This document shows positions 38,206 through 53,220 of a DNA stretch of 64,000 bases, in pieces. A program made the position numbers and the translations under genes. The stretch's first letter is position 1, and every line of letters starts with the position of its first letter. The notes under the pieces are model-generated. The model did not search any database, was not told where the DNA came from, and saw nothing but the letters and a program-made list of their open reading frames with translations. Source of the stretch: Antedon mediterranea (Eukaryota; Animalia; Echinodermata); the NCBI RefSeq assembly GCF_964355755.1, contig NC_092678.1, positions 17,501,365-17,565,364 of the forward strand. Direction: 5' to 3'.

Positions 38206-41200
38206 CTGAAAATTGTGAAAAATGTAATAAATAATAAACAGTACCAAGGGATATGATGATAAAACATTATCTATTTTATATATAATTTAGAAAAACAAAC
38301 AAAACATAACAATAAATATCTTATTGTGCCAGCAGAGGTCAAGTCCAATTAGGCGTGTCACTCCAGAAGTGAAACCATTACAAGGTATATACAAGGACAT
38401 ACTAATACTTGTTTAATGTTACTTTAGCTCGTATTATCATTATTTGCATGTTTTAGCTGTTTTTCATTAACTTCTTCTACATGATATAATTATGTTTTAT
38501 CTATATTTTACTGTAATCATGTTGTACTTTCCATATCATATGATGACATAGATCAATATCTACGATACAATACAACCGTTAAATGACGATGATCTATGTG
38601 TTCTGCTATATTTTTACGTTTTGTTATGGCCGCCTATGGTGATACAGTAACTGAATTAAATAGTCTTGAGTTCGCATAAACAATGCCAAAATAGAAAAAC
38701 TCAAAAAGAGCAAAAAGAAAGATATTAAATTTGAACGTATTACGCATGAAACAGACATATTTCATTGAAGTATTAATTCCTAAAATAAAATAATTGTTTT
38801 TATGAGGAAAAGAGTTAAACTGACGTTTTCATGAGAGGAAGATATATAATATTTGTTCCTCATGCAAAATAAGCTTATTACAACACTATTACACTAAAGC
38901 ATAAAGTTACACTTAACTGTGCTTTAAAATAAATATAATTTAAAGCATTACACAGTATAGGCCAATAGTTCACCCGATAACAATTTCTGATTTGTCCAAA
39001 TTTTTTTTTTTTAAATCTGACAAATATAAACATGAAGAAATAAAAAACAATGTCGTTAATATACATCAGACTTAAGAATAATGACATCAATTTTCGATAA
39101 TCATAAGGACGAGTTCTCTCATTTGTGCCCATGGAATTGATATTTCCTAAGTTCACCTAACTACGGAGGAATAACGCATTTATATTTATATAATGACTAC
39201 ATTAATCATAATATTTAATGATGCTGTGTTATCGAATTTTCTATGTTACTGGAGAAATCGGGATACAGTACCGATAATCAGGTGTGTTAGACCAGAATAC
39301 GTTACTCCGGCTTAAAATGGAGGTATTTGCTTTAACCACGTTCTGAAATGTGTCTGTAAGATTATGTTAGGCAAAAACAACACCTTGTATGCCTGAGCAG
39401 CCTGGTCTAGAGACCTATGTATTGCCTTCGCTAAATCCTTTCTTAAACTTGTTCCCACTTATACCTTCTGGAGGAATGTTATCCATAGTAACCCTAATAT
39501 ACTGCTGATTGGATTCGTCATTTTATAATTGTAACACAATGTGTCATAAGAACTGTTCGTTATACCTTGGTAGTATGTGGTGCAATTAATTAAAGAATTG
39601 TAAATATTTTAAACAAAGTGCAACACAGTGTGACGTATTGTCTGCTACAATATCTAATGATTACACATTTTTAATAATTACGTAATTTCTCATTTAATAA
39701 AACACTTATAATAACAAATTACCGTATTAAACGTACAAATCAAAGTATAAAAACAATAAGTATATACAGTACCAACGGAAATTACGATAAAAAAAATATA
39801 TATTTTATTAATTTCGAAATACAAAGAAAAAATAACAAAATGTCTATATTGTGCCAACATAGGCCAAAAAGACTTATGTCCAATTAGGCGTGTCACTCTG
39901 ACAGTGAAACAATTACAAGGTATAATTGATATAATACTAATTTAATGTTACTTTATCTCGTATTATCATTTCATGTTTTAGCTGTTTTTCACCTGTCCTT
40001 GCATGATTATAACAATGTTTTATCTAGATTGACTGTAATCATGTTGTACTTTCCATATCATATGATTTCTCGTATTATCATTATTTGCATGTTTTAGCTG
40101 TTTTTCATATGATTTCTAGATGTATTTCAATATCTACGATACAATACAACCGTTAAATGACGATGATCCATGTATTCTGTTATATTTTTATTTTTCATTA
40201 TGGCCGCCGATGGTGCTACAGTAACTGAATTAAAGAGACAAAACAATGCCAAAATAGAAAAACTCAAAAAGAGCAAAAAGAAAGATATTACATTTGAACG
40301 TATTACACATGAAACAGACATATTTCATAGAAGTATTAATTCCTAAAACAAAATAATTGTTTTTATGTTTAACTCTATGCCTCATAGAGTTAAACTGACG
40401 TTTTCATGAGAGGAAGATAATTATATACTATTTGTTCCACGTGCACAATAAGCTTATAAAACTATTGCAGATTATACGTGAATCGGACCGGTGACGAGTC
40501 GGTGACAAACCGAACGGATCATCCAGGAGTTCTGAAACGTCTGGCCAAGTGCGCTCTCTTTGCGCAGTATTATACGGAGGCGTGTCTATTTTTGTTTTCG
40601 TATCTAATTTTGGCTTTAAAAACATGTCAGCCCAAAACATTCGCTACCCCTGGATCCGCCCCGTCGGAATATTGTCGATATAAAATGATGGAGGTTCAGA
40701 CGTTCTGTGGTACATTTAAATTGTATTATTTGTATTCCCTCTTTAAACTTCATCTTAATTTCAATATAATAATATCAATTAAGTAATATTGTTTACTTAG
40801 AAGTGTGCCAGTTATTCAGCACTGAAGAAAACAAAATCAGAAAAATGTAAACACATGTTACCAGGTTTTTTAAAACATTAATAAAGCTAAGTGTGTTAAT
40901 TAATGACATGTAAAGCACATTTTAGCATGAGGAAGTGAAAATATGGAGGGAAAGAAAACATAAAGTGTAGACACAGATATCACCTCACAAGCAATCTATT
41001 GCTGACCCAGTGTGAAGCCAGAAATCAAGAGTTGTTCCTGCTCCCCAATTATTGTGGTCCCTTTATTTATAAAACTTGAAAAGCAGAAAAAAGAGGAGGA
41101 GGTGTATGTTTGTTTGTTGGCAGATGCCTATAACGCTGGTTCAGATTTTAAGTTAAGTTTATCTTACTGACGGATAACGCAAATAATGTACGTACCACAA

Positions 41201-43132
41201 CATTAGGTAACCGATACGTCACCATTATGACACGTTTGAATAAAGAACAAGTGTATTCCACTGTACGGAAGGATAGCTACCCGATGCCTCTCATAATAAT
41301 ATTATTTTTCATTCAATAACATATACTAATAATGATAATAATAATTTACTTTAAAACAAACGAAAGGTTGTAGTCAAGAGGCAGGAAACTGCAGGTGTTG
41401 TTTATTGCCTTTAGACATAAACAGGTACCACCGTACGAGAATCGGGTGTCCAACGGACGAGTACCATGTGTGTATATCGGGAACAAAGCTATTATAAAGT
41501 GTACCGATTTTACAGACTATGTCTACGACACATAATCTGTTGTATGACAAGAATTAATGAATGAGTCCGATAATTGTACAGAGCATCAAACAACTACATG
41601 TGGATTTTTAAACATTTTGACAAACATGGCGTTTCATACGTATGGTACGTGTACACACTGTATAGAAAACATCGAAACGCGACAACAGAAAAAAGACAAT
41701 AACAGAGACTTGGGACAAGTCTATACAGTATTAACATACAGTATTGAAAGTGATGAAGCAAAAGCAGAAAATGCACCTTGATCTATGGTAGTTATAGCGT
41801 TATGATATAAATACCTGCAAATATTGAAAAAAAAGACACACATTTCAAATTATTAATAATAATACTGTATAACAATACAATAAATAGATAACCACTACAT
41901 TTGTTTGCTATATTTCACAGTACAGTTATTTGTATTCAGCATTTCAGTGGGCGATTTAGACTTCGTTTGACACTCGAAACAATGTCAAATGAAAGGCAAG
42001 CTAATATTGCCATGAGGAGGTGCAAATCTGAGGGAGAGGGGAAAATGTAATGTGTACAAACAGATATCACCTCACCTTTATTTATAAAAGTTGAAAATTA
42101 GAAAAAAGGGGAGAATGTAGTGTATTATTTTTTGTTGTTGCCAGATGCCTAAACTCTAGAAAATGATAAATTAAGTTTATCTTACGGACGGATAACGTTA
42201 ATAATAACAATTATTAATTCATAATTATGCTTTATAGCTTTTTGAGGTTTTTTTTCGTGCACTTAGAAGAACTTATTTAAAGTGCATTTTAAGTATTGTT
42301 TTTCTTCTAGATTATTTCAGTCATCACAATAGTTAATGTTTGTTTTATGTGGAGGTTCAGACTTAAACACAAAGTACAAATGTATAAAGTGCACTAGCAG
42401 TGAAAACATTACAGGGTAGGCCTATATACAAGGACATAAAAATATTTGTTTAATGTTACTTTAGCTCGTATTATCATTAGTTGCATGTTTTAGCTGTTTT
42501 TCTTTAACTGCTTTTACATGATATAAAGATATTACATTTGATCGTATTACACATGAAACAGACATATTCCGTAGAAGTATTAATTCCTAAAATAAAATAA
42601 TTGTTTTTATGAGGCATAGCGTTAAACTGACGTTTTCATGAGAGGAAGATATATAATATTTGTTCCTCGTGCACAATAAGCTTATTACAACACTATTACA
42701 CTAAAGCATAAAGTTACACTTAACTGTGCCTTAACACCGTTTAATAGTTCACCCGATACAAAATTCTGATTTGTCCAAATTTCTTTAAAAAAAAATCTGA
42801 CAAATATAAACATGAAGAAATAAAAAGCAATGTCATAAGGACGAGTTCTCGAACGATTCTCTCATGCTCATTGCTATTAAACCGGACGGAGGGATAGGTA
42901 ACCGATGCCTCTCTTAATGACATTATTTTTTATTTAATAACATTTACTAGTTTAGTTGGTTTAGTGATCAATAAAAATCAAACAAAAACAGGCATATTAT
43001 ACTATTTTAGTTTTGGATGAATATTCTGTCTTTGCAAAGAGTAAAAATGAAATGATGTGACAAAATGTGTGGTTACATTACAAAGAAAATATACTATTTT
43101 CAAAAGTATGATAAACAATAGAAAGCACTCAC

Positions 43133-43204
43133 AGCCCTGTCAATGATGTCAAACCATCAAACACGTTTTCTGATATTGTAGTTATTTTGTTACTGCCCAA
43201 CCCT
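43133..43204 (-). CDS. 72-bp phase 2-2 LRR exon
   Basis: TTTTCAG | ... | GTGAGT, translating as GLGSNKITTISENVFDGLTSLTG(L). Confidence 0.85.
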
Positions 43205-46200
43205 CTGAAAATTGTGAAAAAATGCATTAAATAAGTATATATACAGTACCAAAGGATAATACGATAAAAAAAAATTATTTTTTAATTTGTAAATACAAAA
43301 AAAATATAACAACAAATATCTTATTGTGCAAACAGAGGCCAAAAAAAGCTTATGTCTATTAGGCGTGTCACTCCAGCAGTGAAAACATTACAGGGTAGGC
43401 CTATATACAAGGACATAAAAATATTTGTTTAATGTTACTTTAGCTCGTATTATCATTAGTTGCATGTTTTAGCTGTTTTTCTTTAACTGCTTTTACATGA
43501 TATAACTATGTTTTATCTAGATTTACTGTAAATATGTTGTAATTTCTTTAATATCTACGATACAATACAACCGTTAAATGACGATGATCCATGTATTCTG
43601 CTATATTTTTATTTTTCATTATGGCCGCCGATATTGCTACAGTAACTGAATTAAATAGTCTTGAGTTCGCATAAACAATATCAAAATAGAAAAAATCAAA
43701 AAGAGCAAAACGAAAGATATTACATTTGATCGTATTACACATGAAACAGACATATTCCGTAGAAATATTAATTCCTAAAATAAAATAATTGTTTTTATGA
43801 GGCATAGCGTTAAACTGACGTTTTCATGAGAGGAAGATATATAATATTTGTTCCTCGTGCACAATAAGCTTATTACAACACTATTACACTAAAGCATAAA
43901 GTTACACTTAACTGTGCCTTAACACCGTTTAATAGTTCACCCGATACAAAATTCCGATTTGTCCAAATTTCTTTTAAAAAAAATCTGACAAATATAAACA
44001 TGAAGAAATAAAAAGCAATGTCATTAATATACATCATGAGACTTATGAATAATGACATCAATTTTCGATAATCATAAGGACGAGTTCTCGAATGATTCTC
44101 TCATTTGTGCCCATGGAATTGATATTTCCTAAGTTCACCTATCTACGGAGGAATAGATGCCTCAAATAATAACGTTTTCATGAGAGGATGATATATAAAA
44201 TTTGTTCCCCGTCAACACTATTTCAAATCACATGAATCAAAACAATATGTCGAGTGTGCCTATTCCTTCTTGTTCTTATTCCTCTTGAGAGGAAGATATA
44301 TAATATTTGTTCCGCGTGGAAAATAAGCTTATAACACTATTGTAGATTATACGTGAATCGAAACAATTATGTCGAGTGTGCCTATTCCTTCTTGTTTTAC
44401 TGTGGACAACCGCATAGAGAAACTTTAACATTTAACGCCATGCGTCTGGATTGTCTGTGATTTTAAACGATTGTCAATGCTATCTCGACATATGACAATT
44501 ATTTAAATTTGGTAATACAGAATCTCAAATGTATCACATGTGGTTCTTGTATCATTAGGTTAGGAATAAACATTTATAATAATTATATAATTTCTCATTT
44601 AATAAAACATACCAGTTATACAACAAACTACGTACAGGAGCTCGAGCTTGTGTTAAATTAGTACATATTTTTTATCATTTATATTAAGAATACATTAATC
44701 ATAATGTTTAATGATGCTGTATTATCGAATTTTAATGTTACTTGAGAAATCGAGATAAAATACCGATAATCGGGTGTGTTAGACCAGAATACGTTACTCC
44801 TGCTTAAAATGGAGGTCTTTGCTTTAACCACGTTCTGAAATGTGCCTGTAAGATTATGATAGGCAAAAAAAATACCTTGTATACCTTAGCAACCTGGTGT
44901 AGAGACATATGTATTGTCTTCGCTAAATCCTTTCTTAAACTTGTTCCCACTTATACCTTCTAGAGGAATGTTATCCATAGATATAACCCTAATATACTGC
45001 TGATTGGATTCGTCATTTTATAAGTGTAACACAATGTGTCATAAGAACTGTTCGTTATACCATGGTAGTATTTGGTGCAATTAATTAAAGAATTATATGA
45101 TATGTAAATATTTTACACAAAGTGCAACACAGTGTGACGTATTGTCTGCTACAATATCTAATGATTACAGATTTTTAATAATTTTGTAATTTCTCATTTA
45201 ATAAAACATACCCCTTATAATAAAAAATTACCGTATAAAACGTACAAATCAAAGTATAAAAACAATAAGTATATACAGTACCAACGGAAATTACGATAAA
45301 AAAGTATCTATTTTATTAATTTCGAAATACAAAGAAAAAATAACAACAAAATACCTATATTGTGCCAACAGAGGCCAAAAAGGCCAGTTAGTTACTTTAT
45401 CTCGTATTATCATTATTTGCATGTTTTAGCTGTTTTTCATTAACTGTCTTTTCATGATTATAACAATGTTTTATCTAGATTGACTGTAATCATGTTGTAC
45501 TTTCCATATCATATGATTTCTAGATATAGATCAATATCTACGATACAATACAACCGTTAAATGACGATGATCCATGTATTCTGCTTTATTTTTATTTTTC
45601 ATTATGGCCGCCGATGGTGCTACAGTAACTGAATTAAAGAGTCTTGTTCGCAAACAAAACCAAAATAGAAAAACTCAAAAAGAGTAAAAGAAAGATATTA
45701 CGTTTGGACGTATCACACATGAAACAGACATATTCCGTAGAAGTATTAATTCCTAAAATAAAATAATTGTTTTTATGAGGCATAGATTTAAACTGACGTT
45801 TTCATGAGAAGAAAATATATAATATTTGTTCTACGTGCACAAGAAGCTTATTACAACACTATTGCAGATTATACGTGAATCGGTGACGAGTCGGAGACGA
45901 ACCGAACGGATCATCCAGAATTTCTGAAAAATCTGGCCAAGTGCGCACACTTTGCGCAGCATTGTACGGAGGCGTGTCTATATTTGTTTTCGTATCTAAT
46001 TTTGGCTTTCAAAAATGGTAGCGCAAGGCAATCGCTACCCTTGGATCCGCTCCGTCGGAATATTTTGATATAAAATGATGGAGGTTCAGACGTTCTGTGG
46101 TACATTTAAATTGTATTATTTGTATGTTCCCTGTAAACTTCATCTTAATTTCAAATATAATAATATCAATAAAGTAATATTGTTTACTTAGAAGTGTGCC

Positions 46201-46587
46201 AGTTATTCAGCATTGAAGAATGCAAACTTGGAAAAATGTGACACATGTGACCACGTTATTTGAACATTATTAAAGCTAAATGTGTAAATTAATGAGATGT
46301 ACAGCACATAGAAGGCCAGGAACGTGCGGTAACCAACCGGAGTCGCGAATAGTTACACTGTAAATACATCTTTTCACGGTATAGAAGACATCTTCTTAGA
46401 TAAATAACAAAATATGAGCAAAGCGTAGCCAAATGACGACCATATTATTTTCAGAGGCCAAGTTACTAAAACATTCATAACTCATTAACGGCGGACAGTC
46501 ATATGGACATACTTTTTGTATTAAAATGTTCCAGATTAGTTTATCGTAAAGGTTGTGTTTGACTTGCATGTTTGTACTGTGAGCGAA

Positions 46588-46687
46588 TATCGGTATAACA
46601 AACGTCGCTGCCCACACGTAAGTTTCCTCAGAAACTCATTAGGATTATCGGGAACCAGCAACAGAAATCGGTAAAGAAAATGATTCC
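46588..46687 (-). pseudogene. TM6-TM7 fragment of a GRL101/RXFP-type GPCR
   Basis: GIIFFTDFCCWFPIILMSF* is followed in another frame by EETYVWAATFVIPI. These match the LGR TM6 (TDFxCWxPI) and TM7 (YxWxAxFVxPINS) patterns with the loop deleted. Confidence 0.7.
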
Positions 46688-47297
46688 TAATTCCTAACAA
46701 ACAAGCTATTATTGACCCAATGTGAAGGTATAAATCGAGAGACTAGTTGTTTGACGGGATGTTCATGCTCCCCAAGGTCCATTTATTTATAAAACTTGAA
46801 AGCAGAAAAAAGAGGAGAAGGTGTATTTTGTTTGTTGTCAGATGCCTATAACGGTTCAAATTTTAACTTAAGTTTATCTTACGGACGGATAACGCTAATA
46901 ATGTACGTACCACCACATTAGGTGACCGATGCGCCCATATTATGACACGTGCGAATAAAGAACAAGTGCTATTCCACCGTACGGAGGGATAGGTAACCGA
47001 TGCCTCTCATAACAACATTATTTTTCATTCAATAACATTTAGGAATAATGATAATAATAATTTACTGTAAAACAAACGAAAACAAGTAGGCCCATCATTA
47101 CACACAATACAACTACATACAGGAGCTTGTGTTAAAAAAAAGGTTTATGGATCAGTCATAATCAAACAAAATCGGGCATATTATAATATTTTAGTTTTAG
47201 ATGAATATTCTGTATTTTCAAAGTGTAAAAAATAAAATGAAAAGAAAATGAAAATATATACTATTCAAAAGTATAGTAAACAAGAGAAAGCACTCAC

Positions 47298-47369
47298 AGT
47301 AGTGTCAATGATGTCAAACCATCAAACACATTTGCTGGTATTGTAGTTATCTGGTTATATGATAAATCC
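47298..47369 (-). CDS. 72-bp phase 2-2 LRR exon
   Basis: GTTTTCAG | ... | GTGAGT, translating as DLSYNQITTIPANVFDGLTSLTL(L). Confidence 0.85.
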
Positions 47370-47520
47370 CTGAAAACCGTTAAAAATTCAATACAAAATG
47401 TTAGTTTTGGATGAATATTCTGTCTTTGCAAAGGGTAAACAATGACATTATGTGACAATAAGTGTGGTTATATTACAACGAAAATATACTATTTTCAAAA
47501 GTATGATAAACAAGAGAAAT

Positions 47521-47560
47521 ATTTGCTGGTAATGTTGTTATTTGGTTATTGACCAACCAC
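47521..47560 (-). pseudogene. Truncated LRR exon (donor deleted)
   Basis: TTTTCAG | WLVNNQITTLPAN joined directly to intronic TTTCTCTTG. Confidence 0.7.
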
Positions 47561-50500
47561 CTGAAAATCGTGAAAAATGTAATAAATAATATACAGTACC
47601 AATGGATAGTATGATAAAACATTATCTATTTTATTAATTTCGAAAAACAAACAAAACATAATAACAAATATCTAATTGTGCCAGCAGAGGTCAAAACAAG
47701 CTTATGTCTAATTTGGCGTGTCACTCTATGAAACCATTACAAGGTATATAGCCTACAAGGACATAATAATATTTGTTTAATATTACTTTAGCTCGTATTT
47801 GTATTTGCATGTTTTAGCTGTTTTTCATTAACTGTTTTTGCATGATATAACTAGGTTTTATCTGGATTTACTGTAATAATGTCGTACTTTCGATATCATA
47901 TGATTTCTGGATGTAGTTCAATATCTACGATATACAATACAACCGTTAAATGACGATGATCCATGTGTTCTGCTATCTTTTTACTTTTCATTATGGCCAC
48001 CGATGGTGCTACAGTAACTGAATTAAATAGTCTTGTTCGCCAACAATGCCAAAAACTCAAAACAAGCAAAAAGAAAAATATTACATTTGAACGTATCACA
48101 CATGAAACAGACATATTCCGTAGAAGTATTAATTCCTAATATAAAATAATTGTTTTTATGAGGCATAGAGTTAAACTGACGTTTTCATGAGAGGAAGATA
48201 TATACGATTTGTCCCACGTGCACAATAAGCTTATAAAACTATTGCAGATTATACGTAGAGTCGGTGACAAACCGAACGGATCATCCAGGATTTCTGAAAA
48301 GTCTGGCCAAGTGCGCTCCCTTTGCGCAGTATTATACGAAGGTGTGTCTATTTTTGTTTTCGTAATCTATAATTTTGGCTTTAAAAAAATGGCACCGCAA
48401 AGTAGTCGCTACCCATGGATCCGCCCCGTCGGAATATTTTTATATAAATGATAGAGGTTCAGGCGTTCTGTGGTACATTTAATTGTATTATTTGTTTCCC
48501 TTTAAATTTCATCTTAATTTCAAATAATATTTTATTGATATTATATTATAATATCAATAAAGTAATATTGTTTTCTTAGAAGTGTGCCAGTTACTCAGCA
48601 CTGAAGAAAACAAAATCGGACAAAATTTAAACACATGTGACCACGTTTTTTTAAACATTATTAAAGCTAAGTGTGTTAATTATTGAGATGTAAAGCTGAT
48701 TTTGGCATGAGGAAGTGCAAATATGGAGGGAGGGAAAATATAAAGTGTAGACACAGATATCACCACACACGCAAGCTATTACTGAACCAGTGTGAAGGCC
48801 GAAATCAAGAGACTAGTTGTTTGACGGGATGTTCCTGCTCCCCAATTTTTGTGAGTCTTTTATTTATAGAACTTAAAAAGCAGAAAAAAGAGGAGAATGT
48901 GTATGTTTTTTGTTGCCAGATGCCTATAACGCTGGTTAAAATTTTAACTTAAGTTTATCTTACGGACGGATAACGCTAATAATGTACGTACCACCACATT
49001 AGGTAACCGATGCGCCCCCATTATGACACGTGCGAATAAAGAACAAGTGCTATTCCACTGTACGGAGGGATAGCTTCCCGATGCCTCTCACTACTCTATT
49101 ACACTAAAGCATAAAGTTACACTTAAGACCGTTTAATAGTTCACCCGATACAAAATTCTGATTTGTCCAAATTTCTTTAAAAATAAAAAAAAAATCTGAC
49201 AAATATAAACATGAAGAAATAAAAAGTAATGTCGTTAATATACATCAGATTTATGAATAATGACATCAATTTTCGATAATCATAAGGACGAGTTCTCAAA
49301 TGATTCTGTCATTGGTGCCGATGGAATTGATATTTCCTAAGTTCACCTAACTACGGAGGAATAACGATGTTCATGTACGTACCACACTACATTAGATAAC
49401 AGATGCCTCACATAATGACGTTTTCATGAGAGGAAGATATATCACATTTGTTCCGTGTGACAAATAAGCTTATTACAACACTATTGCAAATCATATATGA
49501 AATGAAACAATATGTCATAGTTCACTACTGTAGTAATGGAGGGATAACGCAAACGTATACGTACCACCACACTATATAGATAACAAATGGCTCTTATAAT
49601 GACGTTTTCTTAGAGGAAGATATATAACATTTGTTCCGCGTGCAAAATAAGCTTATAACACTATTGTAGATTATACGTGAATCGAAACAATTATGTCGAG
49701 TGTGCCTATTCCTTCTTGTTTTACTGTGGACAACCGCATAGAAAAACTTTAACATTTAACGCCATGCGTCTGGATTGTCTGTGATTTTAAACGATTGTCA
49801 ATGTTATCTCGACATATGACAATTATATCAATTTGGTAATACAGAATCTCAAATGTATCACATGTGGTTCTTGTATCATTAGGTTAAGAACTGTGCCTTA
49901 ACACCGTTTAATAGTTCACCCTATATAAAATTCTGATTTGTCCAAATTTCTTTTTTTTTAAATCTGACAAATATAAACATGAAGAAATAAAATGCAATGT
50001 CATTAATATATATCATGAGACTTAAGAATAATGACATCAATTTTCGATAATCATAAGGATGGAAGCCGATGGAATTGATATTTTCTAAGTTTACCTAACT
50101 ACGGAGGAATAGATGCCTCAAATAATAACGTTTTCATGAGAGGAAGAATATAAAATGTGTTCCCCGTCAACACTATTTCAAATCACATGAATCAAAACAA
50201 TATGTCGAGTGTGCCTATTCCTTCTTGTTCTTATTCCTCTTGAGAGTAAGATATATAACATTTGTTCCGCTAGTCAGGTGGCTTAGCGACTAAAACGTTA
50301 CACGGTGGACAAAAGCACCAAATTTTGCATGAGGCTTCTTTTAGGCGTACTAATTGATTTTTGCCTAGGAGCCACCCGATCAGCTTCCGATTTTCTAAGA
50401 TGGCGGCCAAAATCCAAAATGGCTGCCAGTAAATTGGTATATCATATATCTCTGACTGTAAAAGTTACAAATAGACAAATAATGTAATGAATCAAGAATT

Positions 50501-51572
50501 TTTTAGGTCAGTAAAACCGATTCAGGAAATATTATATAAAGTGAGTTCCAAGATGGCACCCAAAAATAAAAATGGTAGCCATTGAAATTGAAATACATAT
50601 AAAAATAATCGTATACAAAATCACAAATAGTCCATTCCTAATGTATTTTAGTCTGCAAATCAGAAGAAAAGTGCAGGCATTGCATTTTATGAATTTTTTA
50701 ACCATGCCAGTTATAAAAACCCATGTTATCAAATTTCTAAAGTTTTTCCTTGACCTTTGACCTCAATTTGAATATTTTAATTCAAAACAAAATAACCATA
50801 TCTCCGCAACGCTTACATTAAATTATATAATTTTAGTGTCAAATTATTTGGAAGATGCATATTAATATTCGTCCTAATGGAAACATTTGTCAAAAAATGG
50901 CCGGAAGTATGATTTTTGGTATTTTTGACCTTTGACCTACATGTCATATAACTTGGTAACTAACAGTTGGACAAACTTTAAATAGATCTCAAATTAATCA
51001 GAAGATTAATGTTTCTATTCAGTCTAATACAAACTTTTCCAAGAAAATGACCCAGATTCTTGTTATTGACCTTTGACCTGTACTGGTAGTACACATTTCT
51101 ATATCTCGAAAACTAGTGGTCGTAAACATTTTTTTATGAGAAATTGTTAAAATAAATATATATTTATATGTTTTATAATAAAACAGTTTCTATGAAAATG
51201 TAAAAGAATCCTATTTATGATAACTAAATTTGTAATTTGTTAACATCCAATAGTATTTGTTATGTATTAAAATGTGTTATATTTGTTGATTTTAGGCACT
51301 TAACGTAAATTTATCTGAACTATGGATATTTAATGTAAAATTTGTTTTCTTTAATATAAAGAAAATGTAATTATCTATCAAATAAGACCATTTAAAAAAT
51401 ATTCTGACAAAAACTTAGTTAGTTACAGGAAAAAAGTGTACTTTTACTTATGTGAACAGCGCCCTCAATCTTTATTTCCCAAAAATACCACCTTTTATGT
51501 GGTTTCAGAAACTGAACTGGTTATAACTTTTTTTTTATAGATTTTTTTTACAGTTACTTGTAATTTACATAC

Positions 51573-53220
51573 CACCCTACCCCCTTAGGACAACTACCCC
51601 TTTAGGACAACTACCCCCTGGACAAATACCCCCCGGACAACTACCCCCTTAGGACAACAACCCCCTTAGGACAACTACCCCCTGGACAACTACCCCCCGG
51701 ACAATTACCCCCTAGGAACAATTACCCCCCGGACAATTACCACCCGGACAATTACCCCCCGGACAATTACCACCCAGAAAACTATCCCTTTAGAACACCC
51801 TAACCACCCAGACCATTCAACAACCTGACTCTGCAACAGTGTATAATAGGAATTAATAACTATATTTTAATTCGTTACTTTGACGAATTACTATTCATTA
51901 TTGTAAACAAAAGTAAAAGATTGAACATAAATATAGCCTGGTATAAACTGAAGATCGTCACACATGATCATAGGATAGTCGAACGTATTATATAGTACTC
52001 CCTGTATTTACTGTAAAGACTGGGTTCGCTAATAATAATAATAATTTTTGCGTCAGGACAATGCTTCGATAACCACTGGTCTTAAAAGAATTAATATTTG
52101 TCTCAAATTTGTCATATATGTATTTTTGTACACTTGAAGAATAATATCACTTTTGATATTTGACCTCAATGTTCACTCACCGAATAAACGTCGATCTTTA
52201 AATAAATTCCCCTCAAATAAACGGTGACCATGTCACTCCCATGAAACATCATATGGAATAATCGGCGTCTATTTCCATTAGATTATACCCCCTCCCATTG
52301 AATAAACAACTTTCTTCCAATAAATGTCCACCTAAAAACCACCTAAACAATAAACAGCCCAGGCCGTTTTTTCAATAAATACGGTACTTTAAATCTAGCA
52401 CATCTAGGGTCTAGCGTGCTGTTAAACAGAATAATCGGTTAAAAACGGGTGTTTCGAAACTAGAGACCCGAGACCAGAGACCAGAGACCCGAGACCCAAT
52501 ACGAAAAGGGAGACCTAAATATACGAAAAGGGAGACCCACGTACGAAAAGGGAGACCCCACTATACGAAAAGGGAGACCCCACTATACGAAAAGGGAGAC
52601 CCTAATATACGAAAAGGGAGACCTAAATATACGAAAGGGGAGACCCAATTATACGAAAGGGAGACCCAAATATACAAAATGGGAGGCCCAAATATACGAA
52701 AAGGGAGACCCACTATACGAAAAGGGAGACCCACTATAAGAAAAGGGAGACCCCACTATACGAAAAGAGAGACCACACTATACGAAAAGGGAGACCCTAA
52801 TATACGAAAAAGGAGACCCAAATATAGGTCTCCCTTTTCGTATTGGGTCTCGTTTCAGGTCTCTGGTCTCGGATCTCTAGTTTCGAAACACCCGTTAAAA
52901 ACAGATGATTTCATTTTTACAGAAACCGGTCCTATATATTTGTCTACTTTTGGATGGGGGGGGGGGGGTGAGTTGACCGGGTGGTAGTTGACCGGGGGGT
53001 AGTTACCCGGGGGGTAGTTATCCTAAGGGGGTAGTTGTCCTAAGGGGGTGGTTGTCCGGGGGGTAGTTGTCCGGGGGGTTGTTATCCTAAGGGGGTAGTT
53101 GTCCTAAGGGGGTAGTTGTCCGGGGGGTAGTTGTCCGGGGGGTAGTTGTCCTAAGGGGGTAGTTGTTCGGGTGGTAAACATCCGGGGGGTAACTGTCTAG
53201 GGGGTAGGTGTCCTAGAACC
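51573..53220. mobile_element. MITE-like element with inverted C-rich/G-rich minisatellite arms
   Basis: (GGACAACTACCCCC[TTA])n at 51573-51810 and its reverse complement at 52965-53220, ending TGTCCTAGAACC. The left terminus and a TSD are not visible. Confidence 0.65.
52447..52893. mobile_element. Mutator/MULE-type MITE with an internal 22-24-bp minisatellite
   Basis: TIRs GGGTGTTTCGAAACTAGAGA / TCTCTAGTTTCGAAACACCC, an exact 9-bp TSD GTTAAAAAC (52438-52446, 52894-52902) and about 14 copies of TATACGAAAAGGGAGACCC. Confidence 0.88.

Noticed and set aside
52497-52825. CRISPR-like array or the repetitive 102-aa ORF 52679-52987
   Set aside because: The units are contiguous 22-24-bp minisatellite copies with no unique spacers, inside a MITE in eukaryotic DNA.
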